A stretch of DNA of 64,000 nucleotides from a virus: positions 1-64,000 of IMG/VR virus record IMGVR_UViG_3300024319_000003; one strand, 5' to 3'. The notes beneath the pieces were generated by a model. It was not told the origin of the DNA. It saw nothing but the letters and a program-made list of their open reading frames with translations, and did no database searches. Below, in pieces: positions 38,662 through 47,508 of this stretch (the first letter of the stretch is position 1; each line of letters opens with the position of its first letter). Both the position numbers and the translations under genes were made by a program.

Positions 38662-39180
38662 ATGACAAACAAAATTTTAGATTACAGCTACGCATCAAAT
38701 GAAATAAGAGGATACAAAAATTCTCAAATTGCTAAAAACGAAACAAACGATTGTTTTGTAAGAGCGGTAGCTTCTGCTACTGGTTCGAATTATGACAATG
38801 CTCATGAATTTGTTAAGACTAATTTTCATAGAGAAAATAAAAAAGGTACTCAATTTACTTCTGTCATTATGATGAAATTAGAAGACGAAGGATTTAATTT
38901 AGAAGGTAAAAACTTTAACGTAGAAGTTCTTTCTACTAAAAAGATTACTAATCAGTATAAACTTAAAGGAGAGGTTATTAATAGAAAGAAGACAGTTAAG
39001 TCTTTTATGCAAACTTACCCTAAAGGTACTTATATAGTTGGAGTAAGCAATCATGCTTTTACAGTTCAAGATGGCTTACTAATTGATAACGCAGGAGAAG
39101 AATTTAGACCTACTAGAAAGGTAGATTCAGCTTTTAAAATTACTCCTGAGTTTACTACTAACCAATTAAGTTTATTTTAA
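38662..39180 (+). CDS. Hypothetical protein with NDC..RA / HA motifs (possible Cys-His peptidase fold)
   Basis: ETNDCFVRAVA...VSNHAFTVQDG. Confidence 0.65.
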   Translation: MTNKILDYSYASNEIRGYKNSQIAKNETNDCFVRAVASATGSNYDNAHEFVKTNFHRENKKGTQFTSVIMMKLEDEGFNLEGKNFNVEVLSTKKITNQYKLKGEVINRKKTVKSFMQTYPKGTYIVGVSNHAFTVQDGLLIDNAGEEFRPTRKVDSAFKITPEFTTNQLSLF

Positions 39181-39181
39181 G

Positions 39182-39781
39182 ATGACAAGAAATTTAAGAA
39201 CAGAAGGGTTTATGAAAGGCATCCGAATAATTAATAGCTGTGTTAAGATAGAGCATTTTAATGCAGCTGCTAATTACATTAAGAACTACGCTACTATGTT
39301 TGGAGATGAAACCTTCGGAAGCGAGTACGCTCGATTATTAACATCTCAACTGAGAGATAGAAAAGAATATTTAGGGAATGCATAGAAAAAATATGATAAA
39401 GTACATTGTTACTCTTACCGACGTAGGTACTGGAGCAACTAGTGAATTAGATATTACTACTGATAACTTAGAATGGAGCATGGAGCAATATCAACGTAAT
39501 AGAGATCCATTTACATGGGATGTTATTGCGCAAGATACGGAATTAGAGGAACGTAATGAAATGTCTGAATAATGGCAGCAAGACCAAAACCAACAATAGC
39601 TGTAGCCTATAAGAAGACTAAAGGGCGAAAAGTATATGTAAAGGTATTCACAGACTTAGCTTGTGTAGATCCTATTATAGAGATTAAAAGTAAGCTACTT
39701 CCTCCTAACACAGATATATTAGAGATAGGTGTTGGTAAAGATTATGCTGAAATTTATAAGAAAAAATATAAAGTAAAATGA
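39182..39781 (+). CDS. Three small hypothetical proteins (39182-39385, 39378-39572, 39572-39781)
   Basis: Tightly packed or overlapping ORFs. Confidence 0.6.
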
Positions 39782-40179
39782 AATACATTACACAACACCC
39801 TATAAAGAAATCTGATTTAGGATTTCACGGAAACTTATTCGGCGGTAAGCTATTAGCATGGTTAGACGCAGCAGCAGCATCATTCGCTTGTGAGTTTTGT
39901 GATACTCCAAGAATGGTAACTAAAGCAATTGATAAATGTATATTCAATAAACCAGCTAAAGAAGGTCAACTACTAAAGATATATGGTGAAGTTGTATCCG
40001 TAGGAGGTTCATCAATAACATTAAAATTGGAAGCTCGCTCTCATAATGTCTATAATGGTAAACAGAATCTAATTTTAAAAACGAATATAACATTCGTAAG
40101 GATAGATGAGATGGGAGATGCAATACCTATTTCAAGTAGAGTTAAAGGGAAGCTACCAAATAATAAAATACTAGACTAA
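39778..40179 (+). CDS. Acyl-CoA thioesterase (hotdog fold, YciA-like)
   Basis: HGNLFGGKLLAWLDAAA, VTKAID, FVRID. Confidence 0.9.
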   Translation: MKYITQHPIKKSDLGFHGNLFGGKLLAWLDAAAASFACEFCDTPRMVTKAIDKCIFNKPAKEGQLLKIYGEVVSVGGSSITLKLEARSHNVYNGKQNLILKTNITFVRIDEMGDAIPISSRVKGKLPNNKILD

Positions 40180-40323
40180 CATGGAAAATAAAAAGAAACA
40201 GAAGTTTGAGTACCAAGGAAGAACTCTTCGTCAAGTAGAGAATTCATATAAGATTATGGAATGGACCTTCCTATCAGCTATAGCATTAGGAGTCCTTTAT
40301 TCAATAGGTAAAGCATTATCAAT

Positions 40324-40869
40324 ATGGTAGAATATAAGAATAGATACGGAGACGTTTATACGTTTACTAAGCAAGAAGACGAAAGTATATTATGGGAAGG
40401 ACCTTTTGAGCATGTTAGAGTAGGCTTTCCAAACGTATATAAAGTAGCTTATCAACAGTTTCGTAAAGATGGAGGACAATTAAACCAGTATGAATTCGAA
40501 GAGAAGGTACATGAGCAGATATATGATCAAGATGGTAACTGGCTTAGAAAAGGACCTATAACAGAAGATTACGGACCGATGGTATTCTCAGATACTGATA
40601 GTATTAATATGGTTGACCCTTCAGGAGGACCTTTTATTAAAGAGCATAGTGAATTAGGAGCTATGTTTGGTGAAGAGTTAAAAGGGTTATGTGTTAGAAG
40701 CTTTCATTGGAATAAAGATAAGAAAGCATATGAGATACAAACATATGGAGAGTTTGATCATCTAGCAGAGACTGAAATTATAGGTGGTATAATTAATAGG
40801 GCAGCATCACCCTGTACTGCTCATGCAAGTGAATCGGATCGTAATATAGAAGAAGAAGAAAATGCCTAG
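40324..40869 (+). CDS. Hypothetical protein
   Basis: NRYGD...VDPSGGPFI. Confidence 0.75.
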   Translation: MVEYKNRYGDVYTFTKQEDESILWEGPFEHVRVGFPNVYKVAYQQFRKDGGQLNQYEFEEKVHEQIYDQDGNWLRKGPITEDYGPMVFSDTDSINMVDPSGGPFIKEHSELGAMFGEELKGLCVRSFHWNKDKKAYEIQTYGEFDHLAETEIIGGIINRAASPCTAHASESDRNIEEEENA

Positions 40870-40959
40870 ATCATATTGTGAAGAGACATCAAGCCTTTAT
40901 TGGGAGGTTTACAATGAGATGAATAATAATAAGAAGAAGTTTGTAAGTGAGGCATTTAA

Positions 40960-41010
40960 GAAGAGGGGGCGTTTTTCTTCCTCGACGAAGTCGCCACGCG
41001 CGAATTTAAA
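40960..41010 (+). repeat. GC-rich structured element, copy 2
   Basis: gaagagggggcgtttttcttcct-cgac-gaa-gtcg-ccacgcgcgaatttaaa. Confidence 0.85.
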
Positions 41011-41018
41011 TAAGTAAT

Positions 41019-41528
41019 ATGATAGAAGAATTTAAACCCATACTAACTCCTAAAGGAATTCTTAATTGTGGTGCCTTTGGAGGATCATACTTCGGTACAA
41101 AAGACTTAGAAGGTGATTATGATTACCAATCTCTATTTCAAGAGACATTAGCAGAAGTATCTCCGGAAAAGTACTTAGGAGATAAGTATCAAGTGAAGAA
41201 GAATATGTTTAAGATTAAGAGCGGCATGCCTTATGACTATTGGAAAGAGAAGGGTTGGATACATAATGATGATCCATATGGTTGGTTTGAATGGTACTTA
41301 AAATATCACAACGGTAGAAGGCATTCAGATGATGCAAGACAGATTCAACGATGGAGAGAGTTTTGTGGAGTGAATGGTAGATGGCGTAAAAGAATCTATA
41401 ACAGGATAGAAGAGACAGGTGATTGGAAAGTAAGTCCAAGGATACAACAATCATTACTACATTGGGGGTATATGGTCAACGAAGTAGACTATCAAAAACA
41501 TATTAAAGAGATGAATCATGGCATATAA
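41019..41528 (+). CDS. Conserved-looking Trp/Arg-rich hypothetical protein
   Basis: GAFGGSYF, DPYGWFEWY, GRRHSDDARQIQRW, QSLLHWG. Confidence 0.8.
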   Translation: MIEEFKPILTPKGILNCGAFGGSYFGTKDLEGDYDYQSLFQETLAEVSPEKYLGDKYQVKKNMFKIKSGMPYDYWKEKGWIHNDDPYGWFEWYLKYHNGRRHSDDARQIQRWREFCGVNGRWRKRIYNRIEETGDWKVSPRIQQSLLHWGYMVNEVDYQKHIKEMNHGI

Positions 41529-41748
41529 AATGACCAAAGATAAAACAACGTTGAAGTTAATAGAGGAGTTAAATGAATTAGCTACAGTATTACTTCAGAA
41601 CTATAATAAGCCTAAGAAGGAACATACAATAGAGATACAAGATGAAATAGCAGATGTTAAGCTTTGGTTGAACATTGTAGAGAAACGCTATGACAAAGAG
41701 TATATCGATAAAAGAATAAAGGGTAAGATTAAAAAGTATAAGCTATGA
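41518..41748 (+). CDS. MazG-like nucleotide pyrophosphatase domain protein
   Basis: EELNEL...DEIADV. Confidence 0.7.
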   Translation: MAYKMTKDKTTLKLIEELNELATVLLQNYNKPKKEHTIEIQDEIADVKLWLNIVEKRYDKEYIDKRIKGKIKKYKL

Positions 41749-42300
41749 TAAAGGCAATAAAAAGAATATTAAGAGATATGTGGATGGGTATAAAGATAGC
41801 AAATGAGAACTATCTTAATGGTAAGACTAATCAAGGTAAATTCTAAAGATGAGTAACGAAGAACAATATGAAGTTAGCGCAAAAGTAGTATTCATATGCT
41901 GTTCCTTTGTTGGATTAGTTACACTTTTAACACTATTAGCATTAGCAATCAAACCATAACAAAGATGAGTAAAGAATCAATACCGGATTTGATATTAGCT
42001 ATAGTAGTGTTAATGTTATGGAATGGGTACTTAATATATAAAATGCGAAAGAGATGATCAATAGCGGAAGAGAATGGGATTGGTTAGATGATATAATAGA
42101 AGATGGTATAGATGATTATGTCTCAGTACCTACAGGAAGTAAACCGCCTACATGTATAGAAGATTAATATGGAGTTTAAAGTATATGAGTATAAACCTTT
42201 AACAATAGGACTATGGAGACCATTTGTAATAGAGGAAGGCTTTATAAAGGACTATATAAGAAGGACTTCAATAGAGACAGATAATATAATACTATTTTAA
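41745..42300 (+). CDS. Array of five microproteins (41745-41846, 41849-41959, 41965-42057, 42054-42167, 42169-42300)
   Basis: ATG-started ORFs of 30-43 aa separated by 1-5 nt or overlapping as ATGA. Confidence 0.6.
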
Positions 42301-42315
42301 AGTAAAATAAGAGTT

Positions 42316-42513
42316 ATGACAATACAAGAACAATTAAGAGGATGGGGTATGGACGTAGAAGCTTTGAAGGGGGAGGGGGCGTTTCTCTCTCCACCGAAGG
42401 TGCCACGCGCATTTTCGACGAATGTCTCAAATGATCCAACCCAACCCAACAATCTAAAGGAAGAGGAATGGTGTCATTACGGAGGTCTGCCATCACCTAA
42501 AGCATATATGTAA
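42316..42513 (+). CDS. Hypothetical protein carrying element copy 3
   Basis: gttATG leader; C-terminal WCHYGGLPSP. Confidence 0.55.
   Translation: MTIQEQLRGWGMDVEALKGEGAFLSPPKVPRAFSTNVSNDPTQPNNLKEEEWCHYGGLPSPKAYM
42369..42415 (+). repeat. GC-rich structured element, copy 3
   Basis: gggggagggggcgtttctctctc-cacc-gaa-ggtg-ccacgcgcatttt. Confidence 0.8.
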
Positions 42514-42883
42514 GCATGCTAAAGCATGTGTCTGAGAGTGTACGACTTTGATCAATACTACATATCATTAGATATAAGATCAATGGAGAGATACCGTGGT
42601 AGTAAGGTAGATAGAGGGTAAACAACCAAGTGTTAGCCTAAAGCATATCAATTAAGTGTAACGTATATATTAATATATTGATATACATATAGTTTTATAT
42701 TGAGATATATTGTTTGTATAGAATAATACCTATAGGATGTATGGAATGAAAGGAAATTATATCAGGCATGCACCCCTCTCCAATATTTTTTTTTCTATAT
42801 AGAGGAAAATAACCCACCAAACAGTTGTCTATATGCGTAAATTTTCTTATATTAAGGTATATTAATAAAGATAAATAAAGGTT

Positions 42884-43189
42884 ATGACGTATTCAGACAA
42901 AGTTAAGAGTTCAAAAGTAATGTTAGACATCATCAAGTCCATGGAGGATGAAGAGAGTATTAAGTTTACCTACGGCAAAGGTTATAAAGGAGAGCCTGAG
43001 GTATATAAGATCAATTGTTATAAGGATGGTATAGATGGTAAAACGTCTTATAGTATCTGGAATAACTTTAATGGTATGAATGTATCTTCTTTGGGTCCTA
43101 CTACGGTTAAGTGTTATACATTTGATATGATGTCTCAGAGAACTACATATAACTTCCCGTTAAATGAAATGATAATGGTTGAAGGATAG
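42884..43189 (+). CDS. Hypothetical early protein
   Basis: Promoter plus aaaggttATG. Confidence 0.75.
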   Translation: MTYSDKVKSSKVMLDIIKSMEDEESIKFTYGKGYKGEPEVYKINCYKDGIDGKTSYSIWNNFNGMNVSSLGPTTVKCYTFDMMSQRTTYNFPLNEMIMVEG

Positions 43190-43261
43190 ATAAATCCTAT
43201 GGGGTATTAGTTGCCTCCTAAGGATATTTTTCTTATATTTAAGTATAAAGCAATAAAGGTT

Positions 43262-43522
43262 ATGAGTAATATAGAGTATTTAAAGAGTTATGTAGGTAAG
43301 ATGTTTAGTGACAATTTTAGTTCTACCGGGACCAGTCTATTGATTAGAGTGGAAGAGGATATGAATAAGGCCTACTACATGGAGTGTTATAGTCAATATG
43401 CCAATGTGTCTGGTAGAAGAGCTGATGGTAGTAAGAGAACAGATAAGTTGTATCATCCTACACCGGGTTTAAATACAATGTCTATCGCTCAGTTAGAGAG
43501 ATGTATAATAGGTGTAGTATAA
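43262..43522 (+). CDS. Hypothetical early protein (ATG at 43262)
   Basis: Promoter plus aaaggttATG. Confidence 0.7.
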   Translation: MSNIEYLKSYVGKMFSDNFSSTGTSLLIRVEEDMNKAYYMECYSQYANVSGRRADGSKRTDKLYHPTPGLNTMSIAQLERCIIGVV

Positions 43523-43548
43523 ATTATTAATTAAATTAAATAAAGGTT

Positions 43549-43737
43549 ATGAAGAAGAAGTTAGATTTAAATCCTGCTACTGATTATGTGAAGTACCTCA
43601 ACGGCTATATGCCTAAGATTGAGCATTGGCAAGCAAAGTTTGATGAGGCTAAGAGTAACAATGATTTCGATGGTATGAATGAGGCACTAGATAGTCTTAT
43701 ATACTTTGTTAGTAAACAAAAATTGATCTATGGTTAA
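43549..43737 (+). CDS. Hypothetical protein
   Basis: aaaggttATG leader. Confidence 0.7.
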   Translation: MKKKLDLNPATDYVKYLNGYMPKIEHWQAKFDEAKSNNDFDGMNEALDSLIYFVSKQKLIYG

Positions 43738-43936
43738 TATATTAAGAGCCGTAATGGTAGTAGCTGGTATTATAATAGTATATGGTATAGGTTATGCCTT
43801 TATACAGCTGGTTAATGGTATACTATATCAGATCTTTATACATCCAGAGCGTACATGTGTTATAGTCTTATCTATATTAGGCATATGGGCGGGTATAGAG
43901 TATGTAATCAAACGTATAAACAATTCCAAGGTATAA
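43730..43936 (+). CDS. Small two-TM membrane protein
   Basis: Two hydrophobic helices. Confidence 0.6.
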   Translation: MVNILRAVMVVAGIIIVYGIGYAFIQLVNGILYQIFIHPERTCVIVLSILGIWAGIEYVIKRINNSKV

Positions 43937-44125
43937 CCTTACCTTCCTAAGTCCTTCGTTAACTCGTCCGGTATCCTGCCGGTCGGGTGAAGGCATGTAG
44001 ATATCATGGTGATAGAACAGTGACAGTAAAGTTCCCTAAAGGGTTGGTCCTCTGCAAGATTCTACCATACCTAATCGCATACTTCCTATAGAATTTTGGT
44101 ATATAGTAATATATATGTATATATG

Positions 44126-44269
44126 TTAAGCTATTAAACTCCACATAGCACTCACAACACCACCTAATACAAACAAACATAGCATTCCTACTATTAAAGC
44201 AAATACGGTATCTCCTAACATACCTAATACTTGTTTACCTAGTTGTTTATTTTCTTCTCTATTGCTCAT
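44126..44269 (-). CDS. 47-aa membrane microprotein coupled to bS21 (not in ORF track)
   Basis: MSNREENKQLGKQVLGMLGDTVFALIVGMLCLFVLGGVVSAMWSLIA; its start overlaps the bS21 stop (TAATG). Confidence 0.6.
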   Translation of the reverse strand: MSNREENKQLGKQVLGMLGDTVFALIVGMLCLFVLGGVVSAMWSLIA

Positions 44270-44469
44270 TACTTTAAATCTTCGTGTTTGTCTCTATACT
44301 CACGGGTCTTAATTGTCTTTTGTTTAGACTTACGCTTGGCATCCGAAGGTTTTGTATAGTGTTTACGTTCTCTCTGTTCTTTCAACAGCTTTGTATCCCG
44401 TACCTTACGTTTATACCTCTTTAATGCTCTTGCAATGTCCTCACCTTTCTTTAATAGTATTCTTAACAT
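44269..44469 (-). CDS. rpsU: Phage-encoded ribosomal protein bS21
   Basis: GEDIARALKRYKRK...RERKHYTKPS..KR. Confidence 0.93.
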   Translation of the reverse strand: MLRILLKKGEDIARALKRYKRKVRDTKLLKEQRERKHYTKPSDAKRKSKQKTIKTREYRDKHEDLK

Positions 44470-44496
44470 TTATATGTTTTATAGTACATAGGCTAT

Positions 44497-44679
44497 CTAT
44501 GAGTTGTCTAACTGGATTGTTCCTTCTTTGACTAGCTCTTGATATGCCATATCTATGAGTTCATTCATATCTTTACGTTGTCCTTGCTTGGTCGACCGTA
44601 TTTCTCCGACCCTTTTAAGTAGCTCTACGTTTTTACCTTGAGCGTATGCAATATACAGTAAATCTTCTCCAGTACTCAT
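44497..44679 (-). CDS. Hypothetical protein, first gene of the bS21 operon
   Basis: Follows the minus-strand promoter at 44709-44741. Confidence 0.7.
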   Translation of the reverse strand: MSTGEDLLYIAYAQGKNVELLKRVGEIRSTKQGQRKDMNELIDMAYQELVKEGTIQLDNS

Positions 44680-44797
44680 CTATATTTTCTATACCTTATT
44701 ATATTAAATAATATAAGAAATTTTTGGGGAAAAAACAACTAATATTGAAATTTTTTTTTTGCAAATTTTTTGATCTATACAAACATGCTATTTATTA

Positions 44798-45238
44798 ATG
44801 ATGGAAAAACTAGACCCACATACGTTATTTAGCATCTTCGAACAAGGAGATGAAGAGGTATATAGAGAGCATGGACACGATGATGTCTTAGATAACCCTT
44901 TTGTCCTTATGGGGATGGTGTTAAGAGGTTTAGAGAACTATAAGCTTATGGTATTAATGTATACTCGTAAGTATCCAGAGCAGTTTAAAGCAGCAGAACC
45001 AGGTATTAAAGGTAAGTACTACGATAAGATGTATGGATATCTTAATAGATTGGATTTAAGAAAGATAGAGACTGCTTTCCGTATAGGCAAAAGCTATTCA
45101 AAGGATGAGATACAATTAGCTTTAGATGATCTAATAGAGCATTATATAAGTGTTGAGCAGTATGAGAAATGCGCTAAAATCGTTCAATACAAAGATCTCT
45201 TTATTTTAGAAGAAGTTTACCAAATAATTAATAAATAA
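44798..45238 (+). CDS. Hypothetical protein with C-terminal UVR-like motif
   Basis: EQYEKCAKI. Confidence 0.7.
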   Translation: MMEKLDPHTLFSIFEQGDEEVYREHGHDDVLDNPFVLMGMVLRGLENYKLMVLMYTRKYPEQFKAAEPGIKGKYYDKMYGYLNRLDLRKIETAFRIGKSYSKDEIQLALDDLIEHYISVEQYEKCAKIVQYKDLFILEEVYQIINK

Positions 45239-45306
45239 CTGTCACTTTAGTTGCCTAGTAACTTAATTTTTCGTATATTTAGATATAAGATAAAAAGATA
45301 AAGGTT

Positions 45307-45678
45307 ATGGCAAATTCAAACACACACACAATTTCAAATCAAAGTCAATTCGATGAAACTCTTATGTGGGTCTCAGATCTCTACAAAGACGTTAATGGTT
45401 TCAGACCTAGAGGGTATAACTTCCATAATTGGTCTTTCCAGGAGCTTGCTGATTTCGTTACCGACCTTATGTTAGTAAACTCAAAGCAAGTCGAAGATGA
45501 GAGGGCTTGGGAGAATAAAGCTATTAAGGATGTAATGTCTGTAGGGGCTGATGATAAGGAGACTGCTCTTAGATGGTTAGATCAAGCCGATGCTTACTTT
45601 ATGTACGGTGATGATGAATTCTATGAAGATCATATTGAGAAGTACGGTTGGGTAGCTAAACACTTTGAGGTATGTTAG
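45307..45678 (+). CDS. Hypothetical early protein
   Basis: SDLYKDVNGFRPR; promoter-leader cassette. Confidence 0.75.
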   Translation: MANSNTHTISNQSQFDETLMWVSDLYKDVNGFRPRGYNFHNWSFQELADFVTDLMLVNSKQVEDERAWENKAIKDVMSVGADDKETALRWLDQADAYFMYGDDEFYEDHIEKYGWVAKHFEVC

Positions 45679-46310
45679 ATATAAATCTTCGCGGCAACTT
45701 GCGCGCGTTTCGCGCGGCGGCCCTTTTGTTTTTACTCGCCCTCGCCCTTTCTTGTGAGCAAGATGTTTTGATACCTAACACTTGTGTAGGAGGTGATTGT
45801 AATGCATATATGTCTACTCAATTTTACAAAGACAGTAACGGTTATACACACGCTGTCCTTGATTGGACTAGAGAGTATTTACCTTATTTTGCTATAGATG
45901 TAGAGGCATCTCGTACTAATCCTGTTTATTACTATAACGATGTACCTGTTGTTAGTGCTGAATTTGATACAGATACTTACTATGTGTTAGGAGATAGTAT
46001 TGCTTTCACTATTCCACTGTACAACCCTTATACTGGATTAGAGACTTACGATGGTTTTCCAATACCTGTACAGGATACTGTGGTTTATTTAAGTCAGTTT
46101 CAAGGAATGGTACTCCCTATAGTCCAGAATGATACTAGAATTTACTTTGCAGACAATGAAGAAGGTAGATTTACTACAAAAAGGTTAGTTGGTCCAGTCC
46201 CAGAAGTGATGATAGGTGATACTATATCGGTTTATATGAGGGTATTTTGGGATGCCGGTGAGTATTCCGTGTTAAAAGATGAATATTTAGAAAAATATAT
46301 TATAGAATAG
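45672..46310 (+). CDS. Lipoprotein
   Basis: Basic N-region, hydrophobic core, lipobox LALS-C. Confidence 0.75.
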   Translation: MLDINLRGNLRAFRAAALLFLLALALSCEQDVLIPNTCVGGDCNAYMSTQFYKDSNGYTHAVLDWTREYLPYFAIDVEASRTNPVYYYNDVPVVSAEFDTDTYYVLGDSIAFTIPLYNPYTGLETYDGFPIPVQDTVVYLSQFQGMVLPIVQNDTRIYFADNEEGRFTTKRLVGPVPEVMIGDTISVYMRVFWDAGEYSVLKDEYLEKYIIE

Positions 46311-46454
46311 TTGCTTTTCTGCAAAATTTTTAATACCTTGTATATATTATATAAGAAAATTAATAAGGTATAATAAAAAGTATATTTAAATAAATAAAAT
46401 ATTTAATAATAATTTAATTAACTATTAATAAGAATAAATTTAAAAAGGTTACCT

Positions 46455-47186
46455 ATGTTAAATGCTGAACAGATTGCTAAAAACTACGAAAAACACTTAA
46501 AAATCATTGAAACCTATTTAGGTGGACGTGCTATCGCTTGTAAAGAGATGTTAAAACACATGGAGGATAACTATGTAATGGCTCCTGCTAGTGGAAAGAC
46601 TTGGTATCATAATGCTTTTGCTGGAGGATATGTAGATCATGTTAATAGAGTAGTACAATATGCTGTAGAGCAGTCTAGATTATATGAAAAAATGGGTGGT
46701 ACTTTAGATTATACTGAAGAGCAATTAGTATTTGCCGCTCTCTTTCATGATTTAGGTAAGATAGGAGATGGAGATCAACCAAACTATATACCTCAGACTG
46801 ATAAATGGAGACAAGATAAGCTTTCAGAAATGTATACTTATAATCCAGACCTTCAATTTATGTTAATTCCAGATAGATCTTTATTTATTTTACAGAAGTT
46901 CGGTATTAAAGTAGATCAAAAAGAGTTTTTAGGTATAAGATGCCACGATGGAGTGTTTGATAAGGCTAATGAAGCTTACTTTTTCAGTAATGTTGAATCA
47001 TCTAGACAAAAAACAGCTTTAGTATCCGTTTTACATACTGCTGACTTCTTAGCCTCTAAGGTAGAGTACGATATGTGGAAAAGAAACGGAGGATCTTCAC
47101 AACCTAAATCCCAGAAGACTAAATCAACCACAGGTAAAAGAGTTAATTCTTCTCAGGGCTTAACAAATTTACTTAAAAATATATAG
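46455..47186 (+). CDS. HD-domain phosphohydrolase
   Basis: APAS..YHNAFAGGYVDH, ALFHDLGK, CHDG, LHTAD. Confidence 0.9.
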   Translation: MLNAEQIAKNYEKHLKIIETYLGGRAIACKEMLKHMEDNYVMAPASGKTWYHNAFAGGYVDHVNRVVQYAVEQSRLYEKMGGTLDYTEEQLVFAALFHDLGKIGDGDQPNYIPQTDKWRQDKLSEMYTYNPDLQFMLIPDRSLFILQKFGIKVDQKEFLGIRCHDGVFDKANEAYFFSNVESSRQKTALVSVLHTADFLASKVEYDMWKRNGGSSQPKSQKTKSTTGKRVNSSQGLTNLLKNI

Positions 47187-47187
47187 T

Positions 47188-47508
47188 ATGAACATTAATC
47201 CTACCACTCTATACATAATAGTAACAATTTTAGTTGCTTTTGCCGGAATTTTATCGTATATTACATATAACCTACTAAGAAAGGTAGAGAATTACCAAGA
47301 TATTACTAATAATCAATCAGAATACCTGGTAAAAGTCTCTTCTTTGATAGTAGATACACAAAAGCACCTAAACAATCTTGACGAACGTGGGGTTTTCAAG
47401 TCTGATGATGAGGTCGGTTATTTTTTTGAAAATATAAAACTGATACAAAAAGAGTTGGACAAATACCAACTACCCGAAAACTATGCCAAGAAAGAGATCA
47501 AAAGCTAA
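47188..47508 (+). CDS. Single-TM protein
   Basis: N-terminal helix; FKSDDEVGYFF. Confidence 0.7.
   Translation: MNINPTTLYIIVTILVAFAGILSYITYNLLRKVENYQDITNNQSEYLVKVSSLIVDTQKHLNNLDERGVFKSDDEVGYFFENIKLIQKELDKYQLPENYAKKEIKS

Noticed and set aside
34353-43261. Similar N-termini (IFRILRY.NKAIKVM) in ORFs 34353, 38136 and 43211 as a protein repeat family
   Set aside because: Artefact of translating the shared promoter from its TTG box; the real starts are 34410, 38193 and 43262
30499-45309. Repeated 45-60-bp sequences as a CRISPR array or integron attC sites
   Set aside because: They are separated by whole genes at irregular distances, are not palindromic, and consist of promoter plus leader
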